The notes beneath the pieces were generated by a model. It saw only the letters and a program-made list of their open reading frames with translations. It had not been told where the DNA came from and did no database searches. A stretch of DNA of 64,000 bases. Source: Spirochaetales bacterium (lineage in GTDB: Bacteria > Spirochaetota > Spirochaetia > JABEVK01). The position numbers and the translations under genes are program-made. The stretch is taken from positions 57,966 through 121,965 of the forward strand of contig JBAXAI010000010.1 in assembly GCA_037142615.1 (NCBI GenBank), read 5' to 3'. The first letter of the stretch is position 1. Every line of letters starts with the position of its first letter. This document shows, piece by piece, positions 47,961 through 57,160 of this stretch.

Positions 47961-49199
47961 ATGACAGGACAACAACGAATCCGCGCCGCGGTGGCGCACC
48001 GGGAATCCGACAAGGTTCCCGTTGACATGGGTGCCACGCCCAGTTCGGGCATTTCGGCCATTGCCTATTCACGGGTCATGGATTACACGGGGCTCAAGGG
48101 GACGACCGACATCTACGATGTGGTGCAGCAGCTGGCCCAACCCAACGACGCATTTCTCAACCGCTTTGGGGTCGACGTGGTCGATATCGGCCGGGCGTAC
48201 GACACCGAAGACAAGGACTGGTATTCCATCACCATGGCCAACGGCAAGCCTGCCCGCTACCCGGCCTGGTTCCGCCCTGAGGCACAACCCGGTGGCGGCT
48301 GGCGGGCCAAGCACCCCGATGGCACCGCCATCGCCCACATGCCCGAAGGCAGCGCGTTCTACGACCAGACGTGTTTTCCTTACCTGGATGCCTACCCCAG
48401 TGACTACCGCGACCTCGACAAGGCCATGGACAAGGTGTTGTGGTCGCACCTGGTTCACTCCCCGTGGAAATATTCCGGTCGGCCCGGCTTCTGGGACGAC
48501 CTGCGAAAGCGGACGCTGGCGCTCCGGGCCTCGACCGACAAGGCTCTCATGGTGGTGGTGGGGTGCAACCTATTTGAGTGGGGCACCTTTTTGAGGCGTA
48601 TCGACAACTTCCTGATGGACCTTTTGGCCGAGCCCGAGGAGGTTGAAAAGCTGCTCGACGCCTTGATGGAGCGCCATCTAGCGACCCTCGAGAAAGTGTG
48701 CGCCTCGGTGGGCGACATTGTCGATGTGGTGCGCTTCGGAGACGACCTGGGCACCGATTCCGGCTTGTTCATGAACCCCGAGATCTACCGCACCCTGTTC
48801 AAACCCCGTCACACCCAGCTGTGCACGTACGTCAAGAAGCACAGCAAAATGGCGACGTTTTTGCACACCTGCGGCTCGATCGCACCCCTCATCCCGGACC
48901 TGATCGAGGCCGGTTACGACATCCTGAACCCGGTACAGACCAACGCGCGCGATATGGACCCAGCCACCCTCAAGAAGGACTTCGGCAAGGATGTGACTTT
49001 CTGGGGCGGTGGTGCCGACACCCGGAGCGTTCTCAACAACGGCACTCCGGCGTCGGTTCGCAAGCACGTGATCGAGCGGCTGGAGATCTTCAGCCCGGGC
49101 GGCGGCTTTGTGTTCAACCCTGTGCACAACCTTCTGCCCGACGTGCCGCCGCAAAACATCGTCGCGATGTTCGACGCGGTCGCTGAGTTCAACAAGTAA
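47961..49199 (+). CDS. UROD/MtaA-fold protein
   Basis: H.E.DKVPVD.G, LFE, FGDDLG, LHTCG, NPVQ, TFWGGG.D, GGGFVFNPVHN. Confidence 0.88.
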   Translation: MTGQQRIRAAVAHRESDKVPVDMGATPSSGISAIAYSRVMDYTGLKGTTDIYDVVQQLAQPNDAFLNRFGVDVVDIGRAYDTEDKDWYSITMANGKPARYPAWFRPEAQPGGGWRAKHPDGTAIAHMPEGSAFYDQTCFPYLDAYPSDYRDLDKAMDKVLWSHLVHSPWKYSGRPGFWDDLRKRTLALRASTDKALMVVVGCNLFEWGTFLRRIDNFLMDLLAEPEEVEKLLDALMERHLATLEKVCASVGDIVDVVRFGDDLGTDSGLFMNPEIYRTLFKPRHTQLCTYVKKHSKMATFLHTCGSIAPLIPDLIEAGYDILNPVQTNARDMDPATLKKDFGKDVTFWGGGADTRSVLNNGTPASVRKHVIERLEIFSPGGGFVFNPVHNLLPDVPPQNIVAMFDAVAEFNK

Positions 49200-49266
49200 C
49201 TGGCCTCAACCTGCTCCTTGCATCGTTGGTCCAAAGCTGGTAAAATATTTATCAGACGAGGACGCC

Positions 49267-51366
49267 ATGGCAAAAGTAACACTGAAGGATGTCGCCGAGG
49301 CGGCAGGGGTTTCGATCACCACGGCTTCCTTTGTTATGACGGGCAAGGGTCGCATCTCGACCGACATCCGGCAGAAGGTTCTCGAAGCGGTCGAGACCCT
49401 GGGTTACCGCAAGTCGAACAAGAGCGAGCCCGAGGTGAAGCCCCAGTCGGTAATTGGCATTTTGTTCAGCATCGACGCGGAATGGGCCATGACCTTTGGG
49501 TTTGTCCGCCCCATCCTCGAAAGCATCGACAGTTTCTTCTCGATCCGCGGTCACACTGTCGTGATTGTTCCCATCAGCGAGCATTTGGCCGCCGACGAGA
49601 TCTTTCGGCGCATTGACAGTTTGGGCTGCCAAGGGCTGTTTTCCCTGCACTACGGGAACGACGCTCTGTTTACCAAGCTGGAAAGCCGGGGCACGCCGGT
49701 GGTGCTCATCATGAACGGCAACTTTCAGAGCCGGTTCTCGACGGTTTGCGTCGATGACTTTCAGGGGGCCTACGAAGGGGCTATCCACCTGCTCCAGGCT
49801 GGTCACCGCAAGATCGTGTTCATCGACATCGAGCGTGAGGGCCTGCCCATGCTGTCGATCGACCGGTTCATCGGCTTCAAAAAGGCCATCGACGAGTTCG
49901 ACGTGCCCATCAGCGACATCGAGCGCCTCACCTACGACCCGCGCGACCACGAGTACCTGCGCAACCGCCTGCGGGCGACTTTTGCCGTGCCGGAGCATCC
50001 AACGGCCATTTTTGCCCTCGATGACGACATCGCCGCGCGCACACTTTCTGTTCTCACCGAGCTTAAGATCCTGGTACCCAAGGATGTGTCTCTGATTGCG
50101 CCAGGCGACCTGAACGACTACAGCCAGGAGCACACGCCGCGAATCAGCACCATGCAGATCGATACCAGCCTGATGGGGACGATTGCCTGCGGCATCATGG
50201 AAAACCGCCTCAACCGGAGTGCGGCAGGAATCAACGTGCTCAAGGTGAAGCAGCAACTGATTCTGCGCGGTTCCACCCGCCCCTTCGACTCTGGTTTCTC
50301 GCGCATCCAAGGGAAGAAGCCGTCGCAGTTGTCGCCGCGCGAAAAGGCGCTGGCCGCCTTCAACCACGTTGAGACGGGCGCTGTGCCGAAATGGCTGGGT
50401 GCCTCACCCGAGTTTTTGGCCAAAGTCGGCGCCGAAATGGGGCTCGACGAGGACGGCTTTCGCCGGCGTATCGGCGATGACTTCCGCCGTGTCGAATCGC
50501 TCATCGGCGGCGCAGGCTCACGGTGGCGCAGCCCCTTTGGCCACGACAGACGTCTGGTCGGTTACGGTCAGCCCACCGTGAAACCGCTGCTCGAGCGCCG
50601 CACCCTCGCCGCCTTGAGGGCCTTTCCGTGGCCTGATCCTTCGTCGGCCGACATCAGCGCCATCGCCGAACGGGCACGGCTTCAGCACGGCGAGTTCGCC
50701 ATCCTGGGTGGGGAATGGTCGCCCTTTTGGCACGACGCGATCGACTTCATCGGCACCCAGGAGCTGTACTACCTGATGTACGACGATCCCGATTTTGTGC
50801 TGGTGCTGCTCGAGCGCATCGTCGACTACTACGTCGCTGTGACGGCGGCGACCTTCGAGACGGCGGGCAAGCACATCGATATCTTCTTCCTAGGAAACGA
50901 CTTTGGCGGGCAAAACGGACCACTGTTCACGGTCGACCAGTTTGAACGCTTTATTGCGCCTTCGCTCAAGCGGCTTGCCGACCTGGGGCATCGCTACGGC
51001 AAGAAGGTGATGTTGCACTCCGCAGGGGGCATACGACCGCTGGTGCCCGCGATTATCCGCTCGGGGGTCGATGCCTTGCACGGGTTACAGCCCGACTGCG
51101 CCGGAATGAGCGCGCTCTCGCTGAAAAAGGACTATGGCACGCGGATCTGCCTCAGCGGGGGCATTGATGCCAAGGACCTGCTGCTCAACGGCACGCCAAA
51201 GACCGTGCGAGCTGCCACGCTGGATCTGCTGAAGGTCTTCGCGGTGGGCGGTGCCTACGTGGCCGCACCCAGCCACGAGGCGCTGCTGGCCGATACCCCC
51301 GTCGAAAACGTGCTGGCCCTCTTTGACGCGGTTACGGAGTTTGAAGAGGATGCACACGGGAAGTAG
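49267..51366 (+). CDS. LacI-family regulator fused to a C-terminal UROD/MtaA-fold domain
   Basis: VTLKDVAEAAGVS HTH and LacI sugar-binding domain ending LILRGST; then PREKALAAFNH...WPDP...GNDFGGQ...MLHSAG...LQP...GGID...APSH in one continuous ORF. Confidence 0.88.
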   Translation: MAKVTLKDVAEAAGVSITTASFVMTGKGRISTDIRQKVLEAVETLGYRKSNKSEPEVKPQSVIGILFSIDAEWAMTFGFVRPILESIDSFFSIRGHTVVIVPISEHLAADEIFRRIDSLGCQGLFSLHYGNDALFTKLESRGTPVVLIMNGNFQSRFSTVCVDDFQGAYEGAIHLLQAGHRKIVFIDIEREGLPMLSIDRFIGFKKAIDEFDVPISDIERLTYDPRDHEYLRNRLRATFAVPEHPTAIFALDDDIAARTLSVLTELKILVPKDVSLIAPGDLNDYSQEHTPRISTMQIDTSLMGTIACGIMENRLNRSAAGINVLKVKQQLILRGSTRPFDSGFSRIQGKKPSQLSPREKALAAFNHVETGAVPKWLGASPEFLAKVGAEMGLDEDGFRRRIGDDFRRVESLIGGAGSRWRSPFGHDRRLVGYGQPTVKPLLERRTLAALRAFPWPDPSSADISAIAERARLQHGEFAILGGEWSPFWHDAIDFIGTQELYYLMYDDPDFVLVLLERIVDYYVAVTAATFETAGKHIDIFFLGNDFGGQNGPLFTVDQFERFIAPSLKRLADLGHRYGKKVMLHSAGGIRPLVPAIIRSGVDALHGLQPDCAGMSALSLKKDYGTRICLSGGIDAKDLLLNGTPKTVRAATLDLLKVFAVGGAYVAAPSHEALLADTPVENVLALFDAVTEFEEDAHGK

Positions 51367-51647
51367 GAGTTGCTGTCGCTGAGGTCAGGTTTCCAAAGCC
51401 CTGGCAAAGGCCAGCAGGTTCTCCTTGGGCGTGAACTTGGCTCCTCCTTCAGCGACGGCACGTCGTCCTCAACGGCCTGCGGGGTGCCCCGGTGCGGGCG
51501 AGGAGCGGCAGCAGGTCGGTGACGTTGGGAAGGCGGTTGATTGCGCGTTCGCAAGGGGTCATAGGGTCATAGGGTCCTCGTGCCTCTAGAAGACACCCGG
51601 ACTTCCCGGATCGAGTGTTGTGTTCTTGCCCTCGCCGAGCTGCGATC

Positions 51648-54392
51648 TCAGTAGAAGGCTCCTCCCACGTCGAGGCTGAGCACGGGACCGGCCGACGGAC
51701 CAGCCAGAGCTTGATCGAGCCGAACTCCAACGGCGAGGGGGGCCCGCAGCAGAATCGGGACCGCCCCCGAGCGGAAGTTCAAGGCGATGCGGGTGTAGAG
51801 GTTGTCGAGATAGCGCCCGTCCAGCCATAAGCCCTGGTAGCCCGACTGCAGGTCGAGGCTGTTGGCAAAGCCGATGCCAGGAAGGTCGCGGCGGATCGGC
51901 ACCGAAAAGCCAAAGTTCACGTCACCTTGAACCAACCAAGTCGATGCGAGGTTGCTGCGAACAAGCGCCGGGGAAACCTGGTAGGGCACGTCGCCGAGCC
52001 AAAGTGAACCGTCGCTGGGCAAGGGGCCCGCAGTGCCCAAGGTTAGGGCCCCATTGGTGACTGCCACGCCCGAGACGGTGGCCGAGGTACGCCAGAACGG
52101 CAGAATGACCGACAGGCCGGCCCCGCCGAGTCCTGCCAAATCGACGCCGTTCCAGGCGGTCTGGGTCTGGAAACCCCACTGTTCGCCCGAAAAGTCCACG
52201 GGTCGCAAGTTTTGGTAGATCGCCTGGACCCCGAACGGCACCGCCACCCGGGGCGATGCGAATCGATAGGCAGCGCCGTTGGCAGGGCCACTGGCGGCGA
52301 GCAAGGCCCCGACATCCGCCATCCACGACAGGGTATCCGAGACTCCGTACCAGGTATCGACCACCGAGACCCGGGTGCCGGTCTTGCGGACATCCTCACC
52401 ACGCTCGGGATAACCGACCAGCCGGTCGAAGGCCGAAAAAGACCAGTCTACAGACCCAGCGGTGGAAGTGAGATCCAGATTCCACTCGGCAAAGTTCGAG
52501 GTCCAAAGCCACGCGGCGCTGGTCGCCAAAGCCAGCGTTTCGGTCGGGTCACTCGCAGTGGTGCCCACTCCGGCGCCGCGAACGAGGTTCGCGACATCGC
52601 TGAGGTCGGTGGCGTGCGGATTGAGAACAAACGTCGGGTAGCGGAACTGGGGAACCAGGGCCCAGAGCCACGGGGAATAGGCTTCGGCTCGCTGCTGCGG
52701 GAGCCGGTCGTAAGCGCTGGGCCGCGCGAGCTCGTCGGGGCCGAGCGGTACCTGCGTCACCGGCACCGAGGTCGCCGGAAGGTCGGGCAGTTCCATCAGG
52801 CGATGGCCCTGCGCCTGCCCCGAAACCGCGTACACCTTGCCCCCAGCCGCCACCGGGTACTGAACTCCCCCGCTGACCGCCGGGTAGGTGGTGATTTGGT
52901 CACGCTCGAGCACGCCGAGTTTCAAAAACGTGCGATCGTTGTCCCAGGCGAACCAGACCCGCTGCCCGTCGCTGCTGATTTGCCGTATCCCCTGCAGTCC
53001 CGCACCCTCGACGATCGAAACCGCCCGGGTTGCCGGATCGACAAAGGCCAGTTCCTGCTGGCCATCGCGCTGGAGCAGGAACGAGACGCGGCCGTCGTCG
53101 AAGGCGGTCGGCGCCGCAGGAACCAGGCGTTCGGTGCCAGCCAGAAGCACCGTTTCCACTCCGCCCTCGAGGGCAACCAGATCCATCGTGTAGCCATGGA
53201 CCCGGCAGGCCACCAAGCCCTCGCCAAGGTACGAGGCCTCGACAAGGTGCGCGGGGAACACTTTACCGGTGGGCCTTCCGGCCTCCAAGTCCCACTCGGT
53301 GAGCACGGCCGTCGACAAGGCGCCGTCGGCCTCGGACCGACTGATCAGCAGCCGCCGACCGTCGGGCGAGACCGCGAGGCGGTTGGCGTACTTGCCCAAC
53401 TCGGTGAGCAGGACAGGCTTGCCGTCGCGGCGGGTCCAAAGGCCCCGGTAGTCGGACCAGTAGAGCTTCTCGCCCCAGGCCGCGGTGGCGACAATGTAGC
53501 CTGGGCCGTCGTCCACGGGCTTCAGATCGACGCGGAGGGCCTGTCGGGGTTGCATCCAGAGCCGGAAGTCTTCCCAGGCCTCGGCCAGGCTACGGCCATA
53601 AGCCGTCCGGAAGGCGCCCTGGAACCACAGAAAGTCCTCGAGGCCCCCCGCGCGGCCGAACGCGTGAAAAAGCTCGGCGTACTTTTCGAGCCCGTAGGTG
53701 TCTTGCAGGTAGCGCGAAAACCAGCCGCCCCAACTGTAGAAGCTGCCCGAGGGGTACCCGGTGGTGGCGCCGGCGGTTTCGGTGAAGGTCGGCCACCGGT
53801 TCTCGACGATGGCCTGCTGAAGAACCGACGCGAACGCCGCATCGTTGGCCCTGCCAAAGCCGTCGGCGCTCTCGAAGCTGACGGTGACGCCCTCGACGAA
53901 GTTGGCCGGAGTCCAGTACATGGCCGGGTAGAGGGCGTCGCCCAGCAGCGCCACCAAAAAGCTGCCCAGGCCCTCGGTTTGCATCAGCGAAACCGCGTGC
54001 ACAAGCTCATGCAGAAACAGCTTTTTCAGGGTGTCTCGAAAGAGAGCGAAACCCGAGTTCGGGCTGATCGGCGCTTCGTACAAGACAATCCGGATCGACG
54101 GAATCGACGTGAAGTAGCCGTTCAGGTCGTCAGTGTCGGGGGTGAGCACCACCGGAATATGGAGGTTCGTCGGAACCCCCAGTTTGGCCGCCACCTCGGC
54201 GTACAGCTCCTCGGCCTCGCCGGTAAGCAATTCGGCAGCCGCCTGCGACTGGGGTGGAAAGATGAACGTGAAGTGCTCAGTCTTCAGCGTGAGCAAGGGG
54301 CGGCCGTCGCGGAACACAGGGCCGGCTCCCAAGGTCGAGACTGTCAGCAAGAAAAGACCAAGGGAAACCAGAAACGAACGAATGGTGAACAT
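51648..54392 (-). CDS. Large exported protein: HExxH metallopeptidase-like domain, beta-propeller region and probable C-terminal beta-barrel
   Basis: Signal peptide; TEHF, NGY, HELVH...EGVTV..E; SPDG repeat; C-terminal LSLDVGGAFY. Confidence 0.65.
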   Translation of the reverse strand: MFTIRSFLVSLGLFLLTVSTLGAGPVFRDGRPLLTLKTEHFTFIFPPQSQAAAELLTGEAEELYAEVAAKLGVPTNLHIPVVLTPDTDDLNGYFTSIPSIRIVLYEAPISPNSGFALFRDTLKKLFLHELVHAVSLMQTEGLGSFLVALLGDALYPAMYWTPANFVEGVTVSFESADGFGRANDAAFASVLQQAIVENRWPTFTETAGATTGYPSGSFYSWGGWFSRYLQDTYGLEKYAELFHAFGRAGGLEDFLWFQGAFRTAYGRSLAEAWEDFRLWMQPRQALRVDLKPVDDGPGYIVATAAWGEKLYWSDYRGLWTRRDGKPVLLTELGKYANRLAVSPDGRRLLISRSEADGALSTAVLTEWDLEAGRPTGKVFPAHLVEASYLGEGLVACRVHGYTMDLVALEGGVETVLLAGTERLVPAAPTAFDDGRVSFLLQRDGQQELAFVDPATRAVSIVEGAGLQGIRQISSDGQRVWFAWDNDRTFLKLGVLERDQITTYPAVSGGVQYPVAAGGKVYAVSGQAQGHRLMELPDLPATSVPVTQVPLGPDELARPSAYDRLPQQRAEAYSPWLWALVPQFRYPTFVLNPHATDLSDVANLVRGAGVGTTASDPTETLALATSAAWLWTSNFAEWNLDLTSTAGSVDWSFSAFDRLVGYPERGEDVRKTGTRVSVVDTWYGVSDTLSWMADVGALLAASGPANGAAYRFASPRVAVPFGVQAIYQNLRPVDFSGEQWGFQTQTAWNGVDLAGLGGAGLSVILPFWRTSATVSGVAVTNGALTLGTAGPLPSDGSLWLGDVPYQVSPALVRSNLASTWLVQGDVNFGFSVPIRRDLPGIGFANSLDLQSGYQGLWLDGRYLDNLYTRIALNFRSGAVPILLRAPLAVGVRLDQALAGPSAGPVLSLDVGGAFY

Positions 54393-54412
54393 GGCGTACT
54401 CCCGATGCAACC

Positions 54413-54771
54413 TTAATAGGCGTTGGGTAGGTCGTCTTTCAAGAGCGGCGTCACAAACCCCATAGCCGAAGCGCAGAGGTTGAACTGACGGTCCAGGGTC
54501 CAGATCTCCAAGGTGGAGGTTCGAGACGTGCCAGCCCACTCCAATGCGGTGGCAAGATGCAGGGCATCCAAGGTGCGCAGGACCAAGGGGAACGAACCCT
54601 CAGCCCGCCGGTGAGCGACCGAGTTTGGAGGGTTCGCTCGAGGACCCGGGCGACCTCGATCCACAGCAACCGGCTTGATCCAACTTCGGCCTCGCGTGGC
54701 ACCTGGAGAAGTTGGTCGTTCCCCTCTAGCAAGAACGCCAGCACGACGCTGGTGTCGAGGTAGACTCTCAA
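54413..54771 (-). pseudogene. Frameshifted PIN-domain (VapC) toxin
   Basis: VYLDTSV in one frame and LRTLDALHLATA...WTLD in another; the break lies near 54600. Confidence 0.8.
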
Positions 54772-55010
54772 TGGTCTCCGCGCTCAGTCGCCAGGAGGGC
54801 CAGCGTGTCAACTTTGGGAAATCCAGCCAAGTTCGGCCTGACGGGGTGAAAGGGGCCCGAGGGGCTCGACTCGACTAGGTCGTCCTCTTCGTAGGGGATG
54901 ATCCTGGCCACCGGCTTGCGCCGGTCGGTGACAACGACGGTCTCACCACCAATGACACGCCGGAGATTCTCAGAAAGGTGCGCCTTGAGCGAGGAAACCG
55001 GAGTGACCAT
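54768..55010 (-). CDS. Phd/YefM-family antitoxin
   Basis: LKAHLSE.LRRV..GE.VVVTDR.KPVARIIP. Confidence 0.88.
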   Translation of the reverse strand: MVTPVSSLKAHLSENLRRVIGGETVVVTDRRKPVARIIPYEEDDLVESSPSGPFHPVRPNLAGFPKVDTLALLATERGDH

Positions 55011-55040
55011 AGGGTCAAGTATGAGGTCACAAAAGGAAGT

Positions 55041-56414
55041 TCAGTCAATCCCGTACTCCTTCAGAATGCACTTCTCGCTGTCGATCACGGGAATCATCTC
55101 TTCGATGAAGGCGCTTTCGTTGTCGGGAATCTCGCTGATGATCTCTTGCATCGAGTCGAGGTACTCGGTCTCGCGGTCGTCGATGAGCAGCTGGCCGCTC
55201 TTTTTGGCCGCGCGGAGGAGCTCGATGCCCTTGAGAGCGGCGCGCTTACCGGCTTCGACGTGGTTCTTCGAGGCCACGACTTCCTTCGAAATGGCGATCA
55301 CCGCGTCGGGCGACAGCACCAAGGCCTGGGGGTCGGTGTAGATGTCGGAGTCAACGAACAGCTTTTGCAGCACGGCCGCGTTGCCGCTGGCGATCGAGGT
55401 GTTCATCAGGCGGGTGTCGTAGATCAACTGTTCCATGTACACGGTGGGGGCGTAGCCGCCGAGCAGCTTGATGTTCTGCACGCTCTCGTTGCTCCACAGG
55501 TCGGCCATGGCGGCGGCGATGTTTCCCACGGGACTCATATGCGCGCAGGCGGCTGTTTTGCCTTCCATCGAAATGGGGATGCCGGCGATGGCCTTCATGA
55601 AGGGCCCTTCGTAGCCGCAGTCCTTGCTCGGCCCCACGGCACCGGCCTCGTAGGCGGGCAGCGTGCGCACCACCGAGATCACTCGGTCGATGGCGGCGAA
55701 CACGCGGGGAATGTACTTCTTTTCGGCCAGGACCATGGCGGTGTTGGCAAACCCGCAGGCCGTGTCACCACCGGCTACTCGGCCGGTTTCTTTGGCGATC
55801 TGCACGATGTTCTTCCACAAGAACTGCATGTCGCGCACGCCGAGCACGGTGAGGGCAAACATGGCGCCCTTGATGTCGCAGTACATGAGCGCTTCGTCGT
55901 GCACCTCCTTGCCACCGGTGCTTTCGATCGACAGCATATCGCCACCGGCCAGGGCCCCGTCGCGGAACAGCTTGTACATCGAGTCGAGCAGTTTGCTCGA
56001 GCGCAGCAACGGGGGACGCTCGAAGTCGCGGGCGTCGTTCGGGGTCAGGCGGATCTCGCCGTTGATGCCGTTTTTGGCGCGGTGGTCGGCACAAACGTCG
56101 GCCATGATTTTGGTCAGCTCGATGCCGATTTCGGGCTGCATGGTCATTTCGAGCAGGGTTTCGAACTCGAACACGACGCCCTTCTGGCCCAACTCGTGGG
56201 CCCGTGTGAGCGCCTCGTCGATGATGCTGCGGTAGTGCTCGCGGATCTCGGGCATGGTGGTCTTGCTGATGGTGATGGGGGGCAACGTGAAGTTGAGCTC
56301 GGGGTAAACCGTGCCGCCGCCGATCACCAAACCATGGCTGGTGGTAACGGGTCGGGGGGCAAAACCGAACTTGAGTCCGGCGGCGTTGTCGATGGCCAGT
56401 TTGCTGAAATGCAT
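55041..56414 (-). CDS. mtaB: Methanol:corrinoid methyltransferase MtaB
   Basis: FG.APRPV, GGG.VYPELN, SIESTGGKE, GDTACGFANTAM, GPSKDCGYEG, EGKTAACAH.S, WSNESVQ. Confidence 0.92.
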   Translation of the reverse strand: MHFSKLAIDNAAGLKFGFAPRPVTTSHGLVIGGGTVYPELNFTLPPITISKTTMPEIREHYRSIIDEALTRAHELGQKGVVFEFETLLEMTMQPEIGIELTKIMADVCADHRAKNGINGEIRLTPNDARDFERPPLLRSSKLLDSMYKLFRDGALAGGDMLSIESTGGKEVHDEALMYCDIKGAMFALTVLGVRDMQFLWKNIVQIAKETGRVAGGDTACGFANTAMVLAEKKYIPRVFAAIDRVISVVRTLPAYEAGAVGPSKDCGYEGPFMKAIAGIPISMEGKTAACAHMSPVGNIAAAMADLWSNESVQNIKLLGGYAPTVYMEQLIYDTRLMNTSIASGNAAVLQKLFVDSDIYTDPQALVLSPDAVIAISKEVVASKNHVEAGKRAALKGIELLRAAKKSGQLLIDDRETEYLDSMQEIISEIPDNESAFIEEMIPVIDSEKCILKEYGID

Positions 56415-56444
56415 GAAGTTCCTCCAAGGGTCGCTGATAAGTTC

Positions 56445-56497
56445 AGGTTAACCCTTGGAAACCTTGCCGTATTGGACAACCTTACGAAGTCTGGGAC
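56445..56497 (-). promoter_or_regulatory. Activator-dependent promoter, copy B of the shared 53-bp motif
   Basis: Plus strand aggtta-N18-gtattggac-N11-gtctgggac; extended identity with 27583-27640. Confidence 0.75.
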
Positions 56498-56527
56498 ATT
56501 CGTGCGGTGAACAGTGTCGTGGTGAGC

Positions 56528-56917
56528 CTACCCCACCAATTCCACATCGTACGCCGCAAACCAACCGTCGACGGTCAGAAGCGGCAGCTTTTCCAGCTGG
56601 CTCTGGGCGATGAGCAGCCGGTCGAAGGGATCTTTGTGATGCCACGGCAGGCGGACCACCTGCGCGGTGTGCTCGAGCCGGATGGGCAACAACTGGATGC
56701 GGTTGAGTTCCATCTGCTGCCGCACGAAGCTCTCGGGCTCGCCCCCTTTGAGAACCAGTTTGCCGGTCGAAGCCTTGAGGAAGACTTCCCACACGCTGGC
56801 CATGCTCAGGTAGAGGGTGTTTCCGGGATCCCGGAATAGGCGCAGCCTTACCCCCGTCAGCCTCGGATCTTCGTTGATCGCCCAGAGGAAGATGTGCGTG
56901 TCGATCAGAAGGTTCAC
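56528..56917 (-). CDS. PIN-domain (VapC) toxin
   Basis: LLIDTH.FLW, S.ASVWE, HHKDPFDRLLIAQ, LTVD. Confidence 0.93.
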   Translation of the reverse strand: MNLLIDTHIFLWAINEDPRLTGVRLRLFRDPGNTLYLSMASVWEVFLKASTGKLVLKGGEPESFVRQQMELNRIQLLPIRLEHTAQVVRLPWHHKDPFDRLLIAQSQLEKLPLLTVDGWFAAYDVELVG

Positions 56918-57144
56918 GGCATGTACTCCGCAAACTCCTCGGGTGTTTCGTCGAAATCGTCGGCCATCCAGATCAAACCCTTGGCGGTGCCGAGTTTGCG
57001 CTCACCGAGCTGCGAGGGTTCCAGGGGGACGATTTTGACCAGCGGTTTGTTGCGCCGGGCGATGATGACCTCTTCGCCCTGCAGTGACCGCTCGATCAGC
57101 GCCGACAAGTGGGCCTTGGCTTCGTGAATGGTGACGGTACTCAT
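56914..57144 (-). CDS. Phd/YefM-family antitoxin
   Basis: IHEAKAHLS.L, GEEVIIAR..KP, DDFDE.P. Confidence 0.92.
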   Translation of the reverse strand: MSTVTIHEAKAHLSALIERSLQGEEVIIARRNKPLVKIVPLEPSQLGERKLGTAKGLIWMADDFDETPEEFAEYMP

Positions 57145-57160
57145 GCCAATAGAGTAACAG

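Noticed and set aside
25828-51366. Annotating the UROD-fold genes as hemE
   Set aside because: They lack the HemE W.MRQAGR motif, most carry H-x-C-type sites, and they sit in corrinoid and sugar context
51367-51647. Possible small gene or UROD remnant (MTPCERAI...) and short gaccctat repeat
   Set aside because: Similarity is limited to a few residues and cannot be supported without a search
25008-56414. Pyrrolysine or selenocysteine recoding in the methyltransferases
   Set aside because: All methyltransferase ORFs appear full length without in-frame stops, and no pyl or sel genes are seen
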